This document shows, in pieces, positions 37,073 to 42,015 of a DNA stretch of 42,015 nucleotides. Made by a program: the position numbers and the translations under genes. Source of the DNA: Octopus sinensis. Lineage: Eukaryota. Position 1 is the stretch's first letter. Every line of letters starts with the position of its first letter. Location: positions 1-42,015 of the forward strand of contig NW_021835270.1 of assembly GCF_006345805.1 (NCBI RefSeq). The letters are read 5' to 3'. The notes beneath the pieces are model-generated. The model was given only the letters and a program-made list of their open reading frames with translations, ran no database searches and was not told the DNA's origin.

Positions 37073-37290
37073 GTGTGTGTGTGTTTGTGTGTCTGTGTTT
37101 GTCCCCCTAGCATTGCTTGACAACCGATGCTGGTGTGTTTACGTCCCCGTCACTTAGCGGACAAAAGTAACCGATAGAATAAGTACTGGGCCTACAATGA
37201 ATAAGTCCCGGGGTTGATTTGCTCGATTAAAGGCGGTGCTCCAGCATGGCCGCAGTCAAATGACTGAAACAAGTAAAAGAGTAAAAGAGA
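36888..37290 (+). mobile_element. SINE family A
   Basis: Colinear with 1728-2157. Confidence 0.9.
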
Positions 37291-37372
37291 GAGAGTCACT
37301 CGAGAATATGTCTGGGTAGGTAAAATACATCATGCTTTCGTTCATTTTTCAGGTGCCTATGTAGTTATTTTA

Positions 37373-37678
37373 TGGAGGTGCAATAGCCCAGTGGTCAGGG
37401 CAGGGGACTCGCGGTCGGAGGACCGCGGTTTCGATTCCCAGACCGGGCGTTGTATGTTTTTATTGAGCGAAAACATCTGAAGCTCCACGAAGTTCCGGCA
37501 GGGATTGGCGGCGACCCCCGTTGTACTCTTTCGCCCCAACTTTCTCTCACTCTCTCTTCCTGCTTCTTGAGTAACGCTGCGATGGAGTGGCGTCCCGTCC
37601 AGCTGGTGGGGAACACATACGCCACAGAAACCGGGAAACCGGGCCCATGAGCCTGGCTAGGCTTGAAAAGTGCGCATA

Positions 37679-37745
<67 letters not shown>
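37373..37745 (+). mobile_element. SINE family C, tail type 2, full length with (AAT)n tail, 12-bp TSD
   Basis: tRNA-Arg-like head ..GGTTTCGATTCCC; ATGTAGTTATTT at 37359-37370 and 37746-37757. Confidence 0.9.
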
Positions 37746-37748
<3 letters not shown>

Positions 37749-38085
37749 TAGTTATTTGTAGTTATAAATACTCTCTTGGCGCTCTCCGTTTTGAGCCAGC
37801 AGCACATCGAAGTGCAATAGCTGAGGTGACAATGAGAAAAGTATCGGCACTCAGTGCCATTTTGCACATCACAAAACAGGAGATAAATTGCGACTGAAAC
37901 ATGTACGTGCAACTCAAGAGAGGTATCTTTTTTGTCTGCACGATCTTTCAGACATATCTCCATTGAATCACTACGGTCTTAATAAATTAAGTACTGTATT
38001 TTGTACACTGCGTTCCAAAAAAAAAGAAATAAAATGAATGACTGAATCATATTTGATCGCAGGTCGCCGGTTCGATCCTTCTGCA

Positions 38086-38178
38086 AAACGGCAGCAAGAA
38101 AATTTTTTAGTTTCAAAAGCTTCATTATAGAGCAAGGAAAACAATCCTAAGAAAAAGATAGCTATGTACGTGTGTGTG

Positions 38179-38212
<34 letters not shown>

Positions 38213-38256
38213 CTGTGAGTGATTGCCTGCTCGTGTGTGTTTGTGTACGTGTATGC

Positions 38257-38336
<80 letters not shown>
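38086..38336 (+). repeat. direct repeat copy 1 (unique sequence + (TG)n + (TATC)n)
   Basis: AAACGGCAGCAAGAAATTTTTTAGTTTCAAAAGC.. repeated at 39743. Confidence 0.92.
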
Positions 38337-38337
<1 letters not shown>

Positions 38338-38359
38338 AGCAAAATTTGAGACAAAATAA

Positions 38360-38509
38360 TACTACTAATCATACTTTCTCTACTACTACTACTATACTAC
38401 TACTACTACTACTATAGTACTACTACTACTACTGCTGCTGCTGCTGCAGCTGCTGCTGCTACTGCTGCTGCTACTACTGCTGCTGCAGTTGCTGCTACTG
38501 CTGCTGCTG

Positions 38510-38548
<39 letters not shown>

Positions 38549-38570
38549 ATACTAATACTAATACTACTTG
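38360..38570. repeat. (ACT)n/(GCT)n/(ACTAAT)n compound array
   Basis: Direct reading. Confidence 0.9.
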
Positions 38571-39742
38571 GCATATCATCCGAAAATATAGCCTTGCACA
38601 TCCGCTGAATCATTTGTCCTTCTACAGAGATCTCCGCCCTTCATTCGACAAACAGACAAGATAACATTACCCAGAATTGCTCGACAGCGAATGTATAATA
38701 ATCTAGGAATTGATTCATTAATGGCTGAACTTTAAGCATCCTCCTTCTAAAACTATGGCTAAAACCATGACGGAGGGCAGCATTGCTACAACTGCTAATA
38801 CTTAAACGTGCATATCCAACATCTTGTACAAGGCAAGAGCAAATTATAGTCGATTGGTAATAGCAATTGGTGACCATTGGCTTTTGATCTACATCTATAT
38901 AAGCTCGGTAAGGATTGCAGTTATACTGATTAATCTCTGTCTCTCAACCTCTTTCTTAACGTGTCTTACCTTGGCAATAATGTCGGAAATCAAAAGTCGA
39001 AGATTTATAATTTCTCTTGGGAATTATACAGAAGTGTTCCTGTTGCCTTCTTCCGGTTTAGTTTCATGTCCTATTCAGTCTTCTGGTTGGAGAAGGGGTT
39101 AATATGTCACCAAAACATATAAACATACCGGTAGGCAGTTGTGTCACATGTCTACAGCCACGTCCTCATCTGATTTCAATATGCCTTAGCCAACCGACTA
39201 TTTGAATCGTGACTTGGGCTTAGGTAGGTACCGCTAAGGAGGAATGGAGCAGATCTCGGAGTTGTGATGTCAAAGGGGTGGCTTAAATACTACACAAAGC
39301 ACTTGAACTCGTCAGCTGGGAATTCATCGGCGATTGCAAATTAATAGCTTCCCAGGAGACATTAAACTGTGAAACAATGAAGGATAGAGTACAGGGCGGA
39401 AGAATATGTACAAAGAACGATAACGAAAGAGACTGAACACTTCACAAAATTTATTCTGTATTAACACGAATACTGACATTCACTAACCTCCAGGAAAACA
39501 CGCAAAATTAGCGTATTTAAATTAAGCTTAAAAACCAAACATTTCCATATAGAGTTGAGTGATTTGACTCAATTATTTATCGAGATGAATTAAAGAAATG
39601 CGAAGTAGAGCCGAGTGTCCAACTAAGAAAACAGAGACATGAAAGTAAATCATGCGATTCATTTAACCCCACGCTCCATCAGTTCTTTAAACAATAATCG
39701 CGAGAAAGATTTATAAGAAATAAATAAATAAGGTTCAAGTAG

Positions 39743-39908
39743 AAACGGCAGCAAGAAATTTTTTTAGTTTCAAAAGCTTCTTTATAGAGCAAGGAAAACA
39801 ATCTTAAGAAAAAGATAGCTATGTACGTGTGTGTGTGGGTGTGTCCGTGTGTGTGTGCATGTTTCTGTGTGTGATTGCCTGCTCGTGTGTGTTTGTGTAC
39901 GTGTATTC

Positions 39909-39946
<38 letters not shown>

Positions 39947-39975
39947 TTTATCTATCTATCTATCTATCTATCTAT
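39743..39975 (+). repeat. direct repeat copy 2
   Basis: About 4 substitutions against copy 1 outside the microsatellites. Confidence 0.92.
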
Positions 39976-39979
39976 ATAA

Positions 39980-40013
<34 letters not shown>

Positions 40014-40237
40014 GTGTGTGTGTGTATGTGTGCGTGTTTGTTTGTGTGTGTGTGTATGTACGTATATATGCATGTGTATATATATATATATATACATGCA
40101 TACACACATACATACACACGCATGTATATACAATGCATATATATATATAAGATGTATACTATAATATATATATATATATATATAATATATATATATATAA
40201 TATAGTATATGTATATATTATATATATATATTATATA

Positions 40238-40284
<47 letters not shown>

Positions 40285-40643
40285 TGTATGATTATGTATG
40301 TATGTATGTATGTATGTAGTATATATATCGCCAGTAACAAAAACGAATTAGCTGCAAATACATTAACAACAGAACCATCAAAAGTAGTTAATATATCATA
40401 GTTGTGTTTCTTTCGTATTAGCTTTATAAAAAGTGTGTAAGAGCATAATTAGCGAAGACATATATGCACGGAAAACACACGCAAACAAAACACGTACACA
40501 GTCCACCATCATCAAATGTGCGAATATTTGTGCGAATGTACGTGTGTATATTCATATATTATGCTTGTATATATATGTGTGTGTGTGTATATATGTATGT
40601 ATATGTATAAATGCTGATATATGTATATATATATATAAAATAT

Positions 40644-40690
<47 letters not shown>

Positions 40691-41037
40691 ATATATATAT
40701 GATATTTATCTCTTAATTTCTTATATTTTCATGATGTTGTTGTAACTAATGAAATCACTGGATGAACTGAGGCGCAAGTGTAGGTAGTAAATTTTATTAA
40801 ATGTTATACCTAACGTTTATATAATATATATATATATATATAATAAATATACCTATGCTTATATGTATATACATACACATATATATATATAAATAAATAC
40901 ATACACACACATATATATATGTATATATACCCACGCACATACGTACGTACATTAAAAGGATTTGAAGGAACCAGAGTGTCAAAGTAATATAAAAACGTAA
41001 CGCGAAACAACATTATAACCCTTACATTAGTCATATG

Positions 41038-41078
<41 letters not shown>

Positions 41079-41140
41079 ACATATATATGTATATATGTAT
41101 ATATATCATATGTATGTATTTACTTATGCACGTATATGCA
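39976..41140. repeat. (TA)n/(TG)n/(TATG)n-rich field with short unique spacers
   Basis: Direct reading. Confidence 0.8.
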
Positions 41141-41404
41141 TGCGTGGTGGTGGTGGTGGTGCTTTTGTGCGTGTGAGTCTAAACAAATAATTTCAATGGT
41201 TTCTATTCAATGTTGATACATTTATTGTTTGTTATATAATACTAAGTACGAAAACCATATAAGCCGACTGGTAGGGGTAATGACCGTATTAAACTGAAAT
41301 ATTGATGTTAGTATTAAGGATTGCAGTAATATTATTACGTTATAATCAAATGACAATATCAATGGCTGTTATCTTACATGATAGAACACCGGAGCTATAC
41401 ACAT

Positions 41405-41694
41405 GTGGATGATGATGGTGACGACGAAGACGACGGCGGCAGCGGTGGTATTGTGCTTGGTGGTGGTTGTGGTGTGTTGGTGGTGTTGGTAGTTTTTGTG
41501 GTGTTGTTGATTTTGGTGGTGGTGGTGAAGATAAGATATGACGATGATGATGATGATGATGATGATGACGACGATGACGACGACGATGGTGGTGGTGGTG
41601 GTCATGTTGGTGAAGATATGATGATGATGATGATGATGACGACGGCGATGGTGATGGTGGTGGTGGTAGTGATGATGATATGATGATGATGATA

Positions 41695-41743
<49 letters not shown>

Positions 41744-41830
41744 CGACGACGACGACGATGTCGATGGTGACGACGAGGAGGAAGGTATGCTGATGATGAT
41801 TAGGGGGAGGAGGAGGAGGAGGAGGAGGAA
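41405..41830. repeat. compound (GAT/GAC/GGT/GGC/GTT/GGA)n array
   Basis: Direct reading. Confidence 0.9.
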
Positions 41831-42015
41831 GTGGAAGAGGTGAAGGAGGAAGGACTTGTACAACTTGAGTGCATTTCATTTGTTGAATCTTTTGGTTTTA
41901 TTGCATTTGAATAAATGATGATTGTATGTGTGTGTGTGTTCTTAAGAAGCACACACACATACACATGCATATGTATATAAATACAGATACACATACAAAT
42001 ACCCACACACAGATA

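Noticed and set aside
37374-37445. Possible tRNA-Arg gene
   Set aside because: It is a SINE head: it continues into the SINE body, lies inside a TSD, and has no proper acceptor stem. The same applies to the other SINE heads.

Overview
No confidently identifiable host gene. The window is eukaryotic, AT-rich and microsatellite-saturated non-coding DNA. The SINE families and repeat load look like an octopus (coleoid cephalopod) genome; this is recalled, not database-checked. Almost all ORFs in the track are translations of simple repeats. Supported content: (1) four tRNA-headed SINE families (my labels A-D), about 20 copies or fragments, four with clear target-site duplications (TSDs); (2) a decayed, 5'-truncated Penelope-like retroelement (RT YLDD motif plus GIY-YIG) fused to a SINE head; (3) two related non-coding inserts lying in microsatellites, one with a Penelope-type minimal hammerhead-like motif and one a tandem dimer that splits a SINE; (4) mariner-, hAT- and MITE-like remnants; (5) two local duplications and several palindromes. 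The most unusual signals are a head-to-tail SINE-B array whose units come from two subfamilies and join at the same internal hairpin position (34574-35146), and the putative non-autonomous Penelope/retrozyme-like elements (2781-3900; 19334-20304).
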